This document shows, in pieces, positions 37,733-48,200 of a DNA stretch of 64,000 nucleotides (position 1 is the first letter of the stretch; each line of letters begins with the position of its first letter). The notes under the pieces are model-generated. The model did not search any database and was not told the origin of the DNA. It saw nothing but the letters and a program-made list of their open reading frames with translations. This stretch comes from Candidatus Beckwithbacteria bacterium (GTDB lineage: Bacteria > Patescibacteriota > Microgenomatia > UBA1400 > UBA1449). The stretch covers positions 57,072 through 121,071 of the forward strand of contig JAAZOH010000040.1 of the NCBI GenBank assembly GCA_012797845.1, given 5' to 3'. Made by a program: the position numbers and the translations under genes.

Positions 37733-39364
37733 TTACAATTGATTGGCCTCCGGATTACCCAACAGGCGGGGCACATATTCAGGCTTGAGTTCGTAAATAT
37801 CGGCAAATGGATACTTAGCCATCAGCTTATATTTTTTAAAACCACTGGTCTTACTGACTAGCTTATAGGTTAAATCATTATCATCATAGGTGCGCAAAAT
37901 AATCCAACGAACCCAACGATCCGGATAAGCTGTAGCATCCAGCCAGTAATCACCCGTCCCTTCATGGATAAAGCGCCGCATCGGTAAACCAGAAGAAAAG
38001 ATGATAGCATCATGAGAAGCAGCCGAAATCAGAATCAAACCTGGATTATCATAAGTTCTGGATTTGAGCCAACCAGATACCTCGCTGACATTTTTCTGAG
38101 AAGAACCAACCCTGGCATCATCTATAGTCACTGCATCATGATTGACTATAGCAAAGAAACTAACCATAAGTAGTAAGCCAATATAAACCCATTTCAGCTG
38201 TTTAGCCCGGTCAACTAAATAGCCAAGATAAATTGCAATAGAAGGCATCAGCATGACTCCATACCGGACATTAAACCAGGTATTGCCGGAAATACCTTGG
38301 ATAAAAAGAACTGAGTGGCCAAAAAATAAAGCAATGATATTGAAAAAAAGTGGAGCCAGTAAAGCAATACTTGCAATCTTGACTTCGCTTTTAAGCTTTT
38401 TATCAAACCAAAACCATATTGCTCCCACAAAACCTAACAGCGCCGGAATAGTGTATGAATTGTAAAAAAGGGCATAGAGATACACTTTTACAGATAAAAG
38501 TAGATTATGTTGGGTGGGTAAATTCCCGGCTGCTTCCAGCTGCTTTTGCTGAGCTCGGGCTGAGAAAGGCCCAAAAGCAAAGTAAAGGGCGTCTTTAAAA
38601 ATCAATTGGTTCCAGAGTAGCCATAAAAAAATCCCAAAAGCAGCCAGAGTACAAAACATAATCACGATACCTTCTGTGGTTTTATAGCCTTTTTTCCGGT
38701 ATACCTGAAAGGCAATTAAAATGGTCGAAACAAACAGTAAAAACCAGCCGTCGTAACGAATTAACGTTGATAGCATTATCCAAAATGAGGCTTTTATCAG
38801 TTCCAGCAATCGATTAGTTTGGAACCAACGTAGCAGATAGTAGGCACCACCTGTCATGGTTCCTAAAAGCAGAAGCTCGGTCATAGCAGTTGACTGCAAA
38901 TATAAAACATTTAAATTAGCCGCCCAAATAAAAACTGCCACCAACCTACCCAATAAACCAACTTTTATTTTTTGCAAAAACAGATAGATGATAATTCCGG
39001 TGGCCACATAGGCAATCATAGATTGCAAAGCTCCAGCTAACCCTGAGTGCCACATAAAATCACTCCAGACGGTGGGCACCATCAGCAAATGTGGCAACGG
39101 TAACCAAACCGAACCCAGTTGAGCTAATCCTGGTTTAAGACCTTCAACTACCCTTCGCCCAATATCCAGATGAGACCGAGCGTCATTGTAAGCAATACCA
39201 AGACCGTTATAGTAGTATGTCCAAAAAGTAACTATAGCTGTAATCGTTAAAGCTAAGGCTATAACCACTAAAGCATACTTATTCACTATCAGTTCGGCTT
39301 TTTTAAGCCAGGATTTTGGTAATGAAAAGCTAATGGTTTCTGGTATAAGCTTATTTTTTTTCAT
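37733..39364 (-). CDS. GT-C fold membrane glycosyltransferase (ArnT/PMT-like).
   Basis: 543-aa polytopic membrane protein. The N-terminal loop YNDARSHLDIGRRVVEG resembles the D-x-R-H-type first-loop motif of GT39/83 enzymes. Confidence 0.4.
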   Translation of the reverse strand: MKKNKLIPETISFSLPKSWLKKAELIVNKYALVVIALALTITAIVTFWTYYYNGLGIAYNDARSHLDIGRRVVEGLKPGLAQLGSVWLPLPHLLMVPTVWSDFMWHSGLAGALQSMIAYVATGIIIYLFLQKIKVGLLGRLVAVFIWAANLNVLYLQSTAMTELLLLGTMTGGAYYLLRWFQTNRLLELIKASFWIMLSTLIRYDGWFLLFVSTILIAFQVYRKKGYKTTEGIVIMFCTLAAFGIFLWLLWNQLIFKDALYFAFGPFSARAQQKQLEAAGNLPTQHNLLLSVKVYLYALFYNSYTIPALLGFVGAIWFWFDKKLKSEVKIASIALLAPLFFNIIALFFGHSVLFIQGISGNTWFNVRYGVMLMPSIAIYLGYLVDRAKQLKWVYIGLLLMVSFFAIVNHDAVTIDDARVGSSQKNVSEVSGWLKSRTYDNPGLILISAASHDAIIFSSGLPMRRFIHEGTGDYWLDATAYPDRWVRWIILRTYDDNDLTYKLVSKTSGFKKYKLMAKYPFADIYELKPEYVPRLLGNPEANQL

Positions 39365-40940
39365 GGTATGCCTGCCAATATAGTAACCCTGCTAAACCAC
39401 CACTAATCCAAACTAAACATGTTGCAATAAGTAAATAGTACTGAGTTGCACTAAGATAAGTATGGCCCCAAGTTTGATATACAAAAGATTTTGATTGGTT
39501 ACTTTGCAAAAATTCCCAACTACGTAAAAAGTTGTAGTGTTCAACTCGGCCCGAAAGTTTTTCTAAAGCGAGCACTTCAACCTTGGGAGGAATAGCACTG
39601 CTGGTGATAGCTCCCAATGTATTGATATAAATTGAGTATGCCATTACTGGCAAAAAGATGATTAAAAACCAAGGTTTATGTTTAAAATAATCAACTAGAT
39701 AAGCAATGCCAATAGCTAAAATGGCATAGCCTGGCACCAGATAACGCGAACCAAAAGCCCAACCACCCCAGGGATCACCCCAAAGTGAATACAGAGTTAG
39801 ATTAACCCCAACTATAGCAATCAATACAGCTGCTATATATGGTTTTTTCAAAAAAAGCAGCCAAAGCCCCAAAGCCCCAAAAAACATAATAGGGGTAAAC
39901 CATAAGATACTGCGATCAGAACCAATAAGGTGGGTATAGAGTCCATTTACTAAATTTCTGGTTTTGAAAAAACCAACTGCTGATTTTTTTTGCAGTTCGG
40001 GATTAAGGTACGTTTGCATATCTAAAGTCCCAATTTCAGTTGGCGTGGTTGGCTTCCCTTGCTCATCAATAGCATTAACACTGGAAACCGTCCCGGAAAA
40101 CTGGAAGGGATTGCCATAGGATTGCTGATTGAACCACATAAAAAAATATAGTGGCAATACAACAGTAGCAATAGATAAAATACCGGGTAACCATAGAGAA
40201 ATTTTGACTTTAGCTCTCCCTGGACTAATTATTAACAATCTTCCAGCTGCAAATAGAGCAATCGGAAACATCAAGAATAAATTTGGGTAATCAATAGGAA
40301 TGGCGGCGGCGGCCAAAAACCAAATCAAGCCTAGCGACCACCAGGTTTTAAATTTGATGAGCAAATAGAGACTGGCTAATATTAGAAACGTTGAAATATG
40401 GTGTTGGAAAAACGAAACTCCATACACAAAGGCTGGAGTAGCAAAGAGGAAAATCAAACCTCCCAATAAAGCAGCCAGCTTTGGCACACCTAAAAGTCGG
40501 GCAATAGCTTGGATTAAAATCAGGTTTAAAAGTGCAAAAAGCGCCACAATCGCATAGGTACCAATTTGAGCAGCTCCAAACAACTTTCCTACCATATAAC
40601 CAGGAGCTGTCATAAAAGAAACCCCGGGAGCAAACATGGAAACGTAGTGTCCATTTTTATAGCCTAAATCAGGCGTAGCAAACCGGGCCACCGGCAGGGA
40701 AAAATAAAATGATTTGTCTTCAACCAGCGAGTAAAGCAAGGCAAAGCGACCTCGCTCTGGTGAAAGCTCCAATGGTCCTTTATCTGTCCAGTAAGCACTG
40801 GTCAACTCCTGAGCGACTGGATTACCAAGCCTGCCTCGCAAGGCTAAAACAATAGTTAAACATGCTAGGGCTAAAACGAAAATGGTAATAAAATCAATTT
40901 TTTTAAACATAAGTAAAGTATAGCAAGTGAATAAGGTCAC
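39351..40940 (-). CDS. Polytopic membrane protein, putative GT-C/YfhO-like glycosyltransferase.
   Basis: 529 aa with >10 TM helices. It is operonic with GT and deacetylase genes. No decisive motif. Confidence 0.3.
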   Translation of the reverse strand: MTLFTCYTLLMFKKIDFITIFVLALACLTIVLALRGRLGNPVAQELTSAYWTDKGPLELSPERGRFALLYSLVEDKSFYFSLPVARFATPDLGYKNGHYVSMFAPGVSFMTAPGYMVGKLFGAAQIGTYAIVALFALLNLILIQAIARLLGVPKLAALLGGLIFLFATPAFVYGVSFFQHHISTFLILASLYLLIKFKTWWSLGLIWFLAAAAIPIDYPNLFLMFPIALFAAGRLLIISPGRAKVKISLWLPGILSIATVVLPLYFFMWFNQQSYGNPFQFSGTVSSVNAIDEQGKPTTPTEIGTLDMQTYLNPELQKKSAVGFFKTRNLVNGLYTHLIGSDRSILWFTPIMFFGALGLWLLFLKKPYIAAVLIAIVGVNLTLYSLWGDPWGGWAFGSRYLVPGYAILAIGIAYLVDYFKHKPWFLIIFLPVMAYSIYINTLGAITSSAIPPKVEVLALEKLSGRVEHYNFLRSWEFLQSNQSKSFVYQTWGHTYLSATQYYLLIATCLVWISGGLAGLLYWQAYHEKK

Positions 40941-41716
40941 CGGTGGGTAAAGTAATATTCGGGCAAATCTGGCACAAGTCCTTTTGGAAATAACCCAAAA
41001 ATTTGAGTTTTATAGCCTTTGATCATGGTTTTCTTTTGATCTCCACATTTAGAAAATCTGGTTTTGATCAATTGATTTGTTTTAATAAATTCTGTGTCCA
41101 AATCTTCCTTTAACCCATAAGGAAAATCCAACCAGTAGACTACGTTTCTTGCCAACTTACTACAAACTTTTCTGATAATAATGTGGTCAACATGCTTACC
41201 AACTCCCAGTGGAGCAAAGACTACAGCTTTTTTTGGTATTTGTCTTGCTAGCTGGTCACTAATTTGATTAATCAAAGTATTTTCTTCTTTGGCTACTTGA
41301 CCCAATAACACATGCCATCGATACGTAGGGTAGACGTGTAAAAATTCCGGTAACAGTTTGCCCAAAAATTGTAAAAATTGTTTATTGCTTTGTTTTTTAC
41401 GGAAAGAGGCATCAGTATATGGTAAATGTTCAACTTTGACATTGTGGAGCTTAAACACTTCCCTATCCTCTACTCTTCTATCTGCAAAAAGTTTTTGTAA
41501 ATCTTGGTAACCGTTGACTTTTAAATGCTGTCTCCCTGACAACGTATATGGCCCTTCTGAGCCTTTGGTAAAAACAGTTATGACAGTCACTTTGGTTTTT
41601 GAGCTTAGGTATGCAATCAAATCCCCAGCCGACAAAGCCGCATCATCCAAGTGGGGCGAGATAAAAAAGCAGGGAATTTTTTCTTTGACAATGGTTGCTA
41701 GTAATGTTTTAAACAT
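40937..41716 (-). CDS. PIG-L/LmbE family N-acetylglucosaminyl deacetylase.
   Basis: FFISPHLDDAALSAGDLIAYL matches the PIG-L motif (SPHxDD). Confidence 0.7.
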   Translation of the reverse strand: MFKTLLATIVKEKIPCFFISPHLDDAALSAGDLIAYLSSKTKVTVITVFTKGSEGPYTLSGRQHLKVNGYQDLQKLFADRRVEDREVFKLHNVKVEHLPYTDASFRKKQSNKQFLQFLGKLLPEFLHVYPTYRWHVLLGQVAKEENTLINQISDQLARQIPKKAVVFAPLGVGKHVDHIIIRKVCSKLARNVVYWLDFPYGLKEDLDTEFIKTNQLIKTRFSKCGDQKKTMIKGYKTQIFGLFPKGLVPDLPEYYFTHR

Positions 41717-42818
41717 AATTTTTATTTACTAGAACATCTTTAATTATTTGTTTGTATTTTTCTACTACTAAATCCCAACTAAATATTTTTACTCCTTCTT
41801 CGCAAGCATGGGAAATAGCGGTTCTCAGTTTTTCATCTTGGCCCATTGTTTTAATAGCTTGAGATAATGCTTCTTTATCAAAGTCTTTTACGAGATAGCA
41901 GCAATCTTTAGGAATCCAACTAAGGCCATCAATAGTAAAACCAACTATGGGTAACCGATAGGCTAAAGCTTCCAAAGCTACTACTGAAAAAGTTTCAAAC
42001 CTAGAAGGAATCACAATAAAAGAAGCTTGGCGGAGCAATTTCCTTTTTTCTTTGCCAACAACTTTACCGAGCAATATAACTCTATCTTGCAATTCTAGTT
42101 TGTGTATCATTTTTCTCAACCGATTTTCTTCAGTTTTAGTTCCACTCCCAGCAATAATCAAGTTCTGCTTAACTTGATCCTCAGTTTGTTTATACGATTC
42201 AAGTAAGATATCTAATCCCTTTTGGTCAATTTCCAATCTTCCTAAAAACAGAATAAAATTTTTATGAGTTTTGGTGGTTGGCAAAGCATACACATCAACT
42301 CCATTGCTGACTACATACATTTGAGCTTTAGGATTGACGGCTGAAATTCTGTTTTTAATCTTTTGAGTTAAAACAATAAAATGCTGATAACTACGAAGTC
42401 CAAGGTTTTCAAAAAAAATAAACGGTAGCTTGTACTTGCGCTGCATATCTTCCCCTGCCAGCATGTGCACTAAACCTATCACCGGTTTTTTAGTAAACAG
42501 TGGTAAACAGGTAGTAGAAAATGGTGGGGTAAAGCTTTCAATCCATAAATCATATTGTTCACTGATGGCTTTGTAGATTAAAGCAATTTGAAATGCCAAC
42601 TGACTCAGTTTTGGTCCCAACCAAGTTATTCCAATATGGCAATACTGTATTCTATTGATTTTTTTATCATGACAACCCGGATATTTGCCTGTAAAAATAG
42701 TAACGTTATAGTTTTTAGTTAACGCCTTAGCTACTTTATGTACTGCTAAAGCTCCACCTCCTGCATAGTAAGGATTTTTTAGACTGTCGTAGCTGGAAAA
42801 AACTATACGTGCTTTCAT
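41709..42818 (-). CDS. Family 4 glycosyltransferase.
   Basis: C-terminal FVIPSRFETFSVVALEALAYRLPIV is the GT4 EX7E region. Confidence 0.7.
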   Translation of the reverse strand: MKARIVFSSYDSLKNPYYAGGGALAVHKVAKALTKNYNVTIFTGKYPGCHDKKINRIQYCHIGITWLGPKLSQLAFQIALIYKAISEQYDLWIESFTPPFSTTCLPLFTKKPVIGLVHMLAGEDMQRKYKLPFIFFENLGLRSYQHFIVLTQKIKNRISAVNPKAQMYVVSNGVDVYALPTTKTHKNFILFLGRLEIDQKGLDILLESYKQTEDQVKQNLIIAGSGTKTEENRLRKMIHKLELQDRVILLGKVVGKEKRKLLRQASFIVIPSRFETFSVVALEALAYRLPIVGFTIDGLSWIPKDCCYLVKDFDKEALSQAIKTMGQDEKLRTAISHACEEGVKIFSWDLVVEKYKQIIKDVLVNKNYV

Positions 42819-43723
42819 AAGGTATCTTTAGTAGAACTAATGACAGTCCAATTGGCACTAACTTCCTTTTTATCAAAAAATGCCACCAAGTGAACTAAGG
42901 GTACTACCCCTATATAAATTAAAGTCCATCCAGGGCTTTGCGTCATACTTTGCCACAGTCCCCTCAATTTATGACTCATTGTAATGGTGTATGATTTGCT
43001 GATTAAATCTTTGTCAAAGTTTTTTTCTTGCACATTCTGTGAATGAAGGTAGCGGATATTTTGTTTGAAGTAGTCTCGTAATGTGGCCGGCAAAACAAAC
43101 TGAGCATAGGCTTCAGGTTTATAGTAATATTTTAAACTGTGCGTTTGGCAATATAGGTATGGATAAACATCATCTGCACTAAAGCTAGGAAAAACTAATT
43201 GCTTATAAAGCGGTTTAGCAAAAGCTCTGATAGCGCCTTCGCAAAAATACATTGGCTGATTGGCAATTTTTTTAGTTAAATCCCAAACATGCCATGACAT
43301 ATACGCAATATGTTGAGCAAAAGTTTGTGGTGATATCGGCTTCACATATCCTGAAACTAGTTTAACCTCAGAATCTGTAATCATAGGGGTTAATAATGTT
43401 TGCAAAACTTTTTGGTCAGGAAGTTTAATATCAGCATCAAAAATAACTACGATATCCGCACGACTTTTTGCAAAGATTTGATTAATACAAGCTGACTTTC
43501 CACTTCTATTTGGATTTTCAAATATTTGGATTTTTTGATTTTTTAAAGACTTAACTTGGCTAACCGTTGTATCACTACTAGCATCAGAAATCACAATAAT
43601 ATTTTTGATTTCAAAATCTCTTTGTACTTGATTAAGAATAGTTAATAACAAGGCTTTAATGTTTTTACCCTCATTGTGAGCTGGAATACCGATGGTAACG
43701 GATGGTCTTATAGTTTTGATCAT
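42815..43723 (-). CDS. Family 2 glycosyltransferase.
   Basis: VTIGIPAHNEGKNI...IIVISDASSDTT...IFDADI are GT-A DxD-type motifs. Confidence 0.6.
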   Translation of the reverse strand: MIKTIRPSVTIGIPAHNEGKNIKALLLTILNQVQRDFEIKNIIVISDASSDTTVSQVKSLKNQKIQIFENPNRSGKSACINQIFAKSRADIVVIFDADIKLPDQKVLQTLLTPMITDSEVKLVSGYVKPISPQTFAQHIAYMSWHVWDLTKKIANQPMYFCEGAIRAFAKPLYKQLVFPSFSADDVYPYLYCQTHSLKYYYKPEAYAQFVLPATLRDYFKQNIRYLHSQNVQEKNFDKDLISKSYTITMSHKLRGLWQSMTQSPGWTLIYIGVVPLVHLVAFFDKKEVSANWTVISSTKDTL

Positions 43724-44652
43724 ATAGTTAAGATGTGATGTAAAAATTTTAGTGACGAGTTTTGGTTGGCATCAACAACTGCAGTCAGCTCCAAAAATAT
43801 GGCATAAATAGCTAAGGCTTTAAAAATTTGTTTTTGTTTTGGGGTTTTCAAAATAGTCTGTATAGTTTGGCTTTGCCAAAATAGTTTGAACAAATCCTGA
43901 TCTTCCCACAGATCGGTCAAAAAATCGATAATCTCAAACAAAGGATGAGTCAAAACTGTTAACTGGAAATCAATAATATAGACTTTATTGCCTGGCGCTA
44001 CGAGTAAATTATAATCACCAATATCCCGATGCGCTAAAGCCAGTTCATTGTGGGTTAGCAGCAAGGGTGTGCTTGCAAAAAAAATGCTAATAGCCGACCA
44101 AAGTTCACTTATTTTTTTTGGGTACTGCAGTAAAGCTTTGACAGCAAAAGCTACAAAAGTGCCAATATTGTAATTCATGCCCCGTTTTTTCAATTTACTA
44201 AAAACAGCTTTGTTTTGGACTTGTCCAAGATGGTGCAAATAAGCAAACACGTTTTCATACAAGCTAATTTTTTGCTTGGCTGATAAGTTACTTTTATTAA
44301 CGGTTACACAGTCAATCTTTTCAAATAGAATTACAATTCGTGTAGGCTTAACAATAAAATGGAGTAATTTGGGAATTAAAATATTTGGATACTTTTTTTG
44401 TAAATTAAGTCTTTCTTGCCTGCTTAGCTGGTTAAATAATTGATGGAACAGCAAGTCATTTGCTATCCAGTAACGATCAAGATTTGGAATGTTGCCACTC
44501 CACATTTTAGCTATCGCTTGTCTACCTTGATTATTTTCATACCAGGCATAACGATAACTAGTTTGATGATTACAGCTTTGCGCAATAGCTTTAAAACGGT
44601 ACTTACCCACTGTTTTAGGAAAATGATTTTGTTTACTTGGATTTTTAGACAT
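43720..44652 (-). CDS. Protein-kinase-fold small-molecule phosphotransferase (APH/choline-kinase-like).
   Basis: LAHRDIGDYNLLV...YIIDFQL matches the Brenner HxDxxxxN plus IDF/DFG-like motifs of the APH/ChoK family. Confidence 0.55.
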   Translation of the reverse strand: MSKNPSKQNHFPKTVGKYRFKAIAQSCNHQTSYRYAWYENNQGRQAIAKMWSGNIPNLDRYWIANDLLFHQLFNQLSRQERLNLQKKYPNILIPKLLHFIVKPTRIVILFEKIDCVTVNKSNLSAKQKISLYENVFAYLHHLGQVQNKAVFSKLKKRGMNYNIGTFVAFAVKALLQYPKKISELWSAISIFFASTPLLLTHNELALAHRDIGDYNLLVAPGNKVYIIDFQLTVLTHPLFEIIDFLTDLWEDQDLFKLFWQSQTIQTILKTPKQKQIFKALAIYAIFLELTAVVDANQNSSLKFLHHILTI

Positions 44653-44661
44653 AGGAGTAAC

Positions 44662-45228
44662 TTATGAGCTCAATAATCTATTAAAAAACTCCATTTTTCT
44701 AAGTTGATAGTTTCGCACCGAAAGATGGTTGGCAGATGTTTTGAGGTTTTTATACTCAGCTAAAATTTTAGAATTGCTTTGTAATTTTTCAAAAATTTCC
44801 AATTGCATTTTGAGAAAACTTGACTGTGGGTCAATGATGGTAAATTCAAGCTCAACCTGTTTATAATCAATTTTCCATTCAACATAACTAGGTCTGGTTT
44901 TAGTGGGCAACCCAAATTTCGCTTCGATAATTGGGACTATATTGTTGAAATTTTTAGGCTCACAAGGCATAAACAAATCTACATCACCAATACCTTCTAT
45001 ACCTAAATTAGTTGAGCCAACAAAGTAAACAGTAGTACCGGGAAATGTACTTTCAGCCCAAGCAATGATTTCACAGGCTACTTTTCGGGCATGGCCGGAA
45101 AATGGTTTAATAGCAATTTTTCTTTTTCCAGAATAAGTAAATGAGTATAAGTAATCTTTCGGTGTCTGCCAAAACAAGGTCAGGTGAAATCTTAATGTAT
45201 CTAGTAGTTTTTTTATCGTCAGTTTCAT
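44662..45228 (-). CDS. Nucleotidyltransferase-fold protein (Pol beta/GrpB-like).
   Basis: VYFVGSTNLGIEGIGDVDLFM resembles the GS-x-n-DxD minimal nucleotidyltransferase signature. Confidence 0.4.
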   Translation of the reverse strand: MKLTIKKLLDTLRFHLTLFWQTPKDYLYSFTYSGKRKIAIKPFSGHARKVACEIIAWAESTFPGTTVYFVGSTNLGIEGIGDVDLFMPCEPKNFNNIVPIIEAKFGLPTKTRPSYVEWKIDYKQVELEFTIIDPQSSFLKMQLEIFEKLQSNSKILAEYKNLKTSANHLSVRNYQLRKMEFFNRLLSS

Positions 45229-45231
45229 AGT

Positions 45232-48200
45232 TTAGGCTTTTATAATCTCAATAAGTTTTTGACTGCTTTTATCCCAACTAAACTGCCCAGCCCATTTCTG
45301 AGCTTCTTGCTCCATTCTGGTCCTCAGTTTTTTCTTAGTCAAAAGCTGGGTAATTTTCTGAGCAAAAGCACCGCTATCACCATGAGGAACTAAGTAACCG
45401 GTATGGGGATTAGAAACGGAATCCCGCAAGCCAGGGACATTGGCCGCCACTACTGGGGTACCACAAGCATTGGCTTCAATGACCGAGATACCCCACCCCT
45501 CCATTGAAGACGGATAAGCAAAAACCCAAGACTCTGTTAGGAGTTTGTATTTAGCTTCTTCACTAACTTTACCTACAAAAGAAACAGTGTCTTGCAAATG
45601 AAGTTTTTTAACCAGTTTTTTGAGCTGTTTTTTATGCTCTCCAAAACCGGCAATAGTTAGCTTTGCTTTAGGCTGTTTTTGTTTAATCTCTACCATCGCT
45701 TCAATAAGTGTATCTATTGATTTATATGCTTTTAATCGGCCCAAATACAGGATTGATGGGTAGGAAGTTTTTTTGCTATTTTTGGGACTGCAAACTGTCA
45801 CCCCTGGATTGATAATGGCAATTTGATGTTTTTTGCCCAGACCAATTTTGATCATGTCTTTTTTAGAAGACTCGGACACCGTGATCATTTCCACATTACG
45901 ATACACCCAAGGCATCAGTTGGCTTTCTAAAAAGGTAGCTAGCATGGCTGAAAAGGGGTTGAGGTTTTTACGAAAAACTTCTTGATGCACATGATGAACT
46001 AAGCCAACAATCGGTTCTTTGGCATACAGTGGCGTAAAAAAGGGAATGCCATTTTCACCGTCAATAATCACATCATATTTACCTTTAAACCGAAATAGGT
46101 AGTAAAAGAATGCCCAAATGTAGACAGTATAAAAACCACCCCGCCTGACAATATGGACACCGTCAATGGTTTCAAACTTAGGATTGTGGTGATCATTACC
46201 ACAAAAAACTGTCACTGTGTGGCCTTTTTCCACCAACTGTTTGGCAATTTCATGGACATAAACCTCAGCTCCCCCAGCCCAAATATGCTTGGTATCACGC
46301 CAGTTAAAAATCAAAATCTTATAGCTATCAAGCTTCTTTTTTTCTGGAGCAGGAACAGATAAAAACAGCCCTAAAAAATCAGTGATATTTCCCCAAATAG
46401 TCGGCAAGGCATCAGCAAAAATATGCAGAAAAGCCATGGCTGACAAATTGGCCAATCCCACAATAGCCATTACCCAAACAATTTGACTCACACTACTATG
46501 AAACAAAACAATGCCAAAAATTTGCACCAAGGCAAACATAAAATTGACAGTTGGGAAAAGGTGCTTATTCCTAGCCTGATGGAAGGTGGCAATAATATTG
46601 GCCACCGTGAAGTAAAAGATAGCAATGCCGTAAATTGGCAAAAGTCCAACTACCGGAACTATTTTACTACCCAAGAGTAATGGTGTGGTGTATTTACCCA
46701 ACAGACCAACAAATAGGTAGGCTAATAAACTTACTCCACTGGAAAGATAAAAAAGCTTATAAAAAATTGGTTTACTGGCTTTACTCTCCCCCTCAGCTTT
46801 ACTCACAATCGGTAAAACAAACTGGCTAAACAGGCTGCCAATCATGTAAATCATTTTGCCCACCAAAGCTACTAGGGCATAGTGACCAGCGTCACTAGGT
46901 GAAAGATAATGTTTGGCTAAAATTACGTCAAAGCTCAAAAAAGCTACAGATGAAAATTTCAATAAAACTGAACTTGAGAAAAATTTAACTGGAAATTTGT
47001 ATAAAGCCGGGCTTTGTTCAATGTGCTTCTCCTTAGTTTTTTTGGCTGCATACCACCCAACTAGAAACGAAACAGCCATAGATAAGGGAATCGCCATATA
47101 AACCCAATGCTCAAAACCAAGTTGAACTAATAACACGGTGAAGACTAATTTACTGGTAGCTTCAGCTGCAACCATAAAAGCTAAAGTTTTAAATTGTAAA
47201 ATTCCAGACAAATAACCACTATCAACTGCTGCTACCGTGCCAATAAACCAAATTGGGGTAAATAGTATAAACGGGATGACACTTGAGGAATTAAAGTAAT
47301 GACTGAGAAAAGGCGTAGTTAATAACCACAGAGCCGTCAAAGCTAAACCGATATAAACTACCTTGCTACGAATGTGAGCCCAGTAGCTTTTGATAGCCGT
47401 TTGATACTTACCAAAATAGTAGGCACTTTTATTGGTAATAGTCCGGGATAAACCGCTTAGAGGAATAGCAGATAAAAACAGGAAGTTGCCCATCAGGCTC
47501 ACTAAACCAAAACTTTCCAAAGAAATAGTTCTAGATAGATAGGCGTTATAGAGAAAATTCAGCACATTACCCAACATGGAGGCAGCCACTAAAATCCCAC
47601 CCGATACCGCATCAGTGCTTATTAAAAATCCAAATCTGCGGCCAATAAAACTTTGCCTATCAACTGATTCAACTTGCTGTTCCGCTTGAGCCTCGGCCTG
47701 TTCCTGTTGCTGTCCTAAATGCAAACCGTGAATGGTTTTTTCCCAGTAGTACGGTTTGACTATAAACTGCCATAGGGCTTTTACTGCCGCTAGGCTTACC
47801 ATCAACCAGTACACAGGAATCAAAAAGACAAATTTGACCAGTTGCCACTGTTCTCGCTTGGCACAGCCAATCATGTAATAGTAGATAAATAAGAAATTAC
47901 CAAAAATCAGTGAAGTCATAGCCATGTAAAAAATTGAGGCCGGATAGAGGGATTCGATAGTCGGACCAACGATGGCGTAGAGCGAAAAGTAAGCAATTGT
48001 TGCTAACCATAAAATCGGATTAATGAGCATGAAAGCAATTTTGCCCCCCACTACCAATTGAAAAATAAAAGCATGCCAACTCTGATTTTTGACAAACTGA
48101 ACCGGGTGACGCATGTGAACAAAGTAAGTTTGGATATAGCCTTTAATCCATCGGGATCGTTGCCTAAACCAATTGCCTACTTTACTATTAGCCTCCTCAA

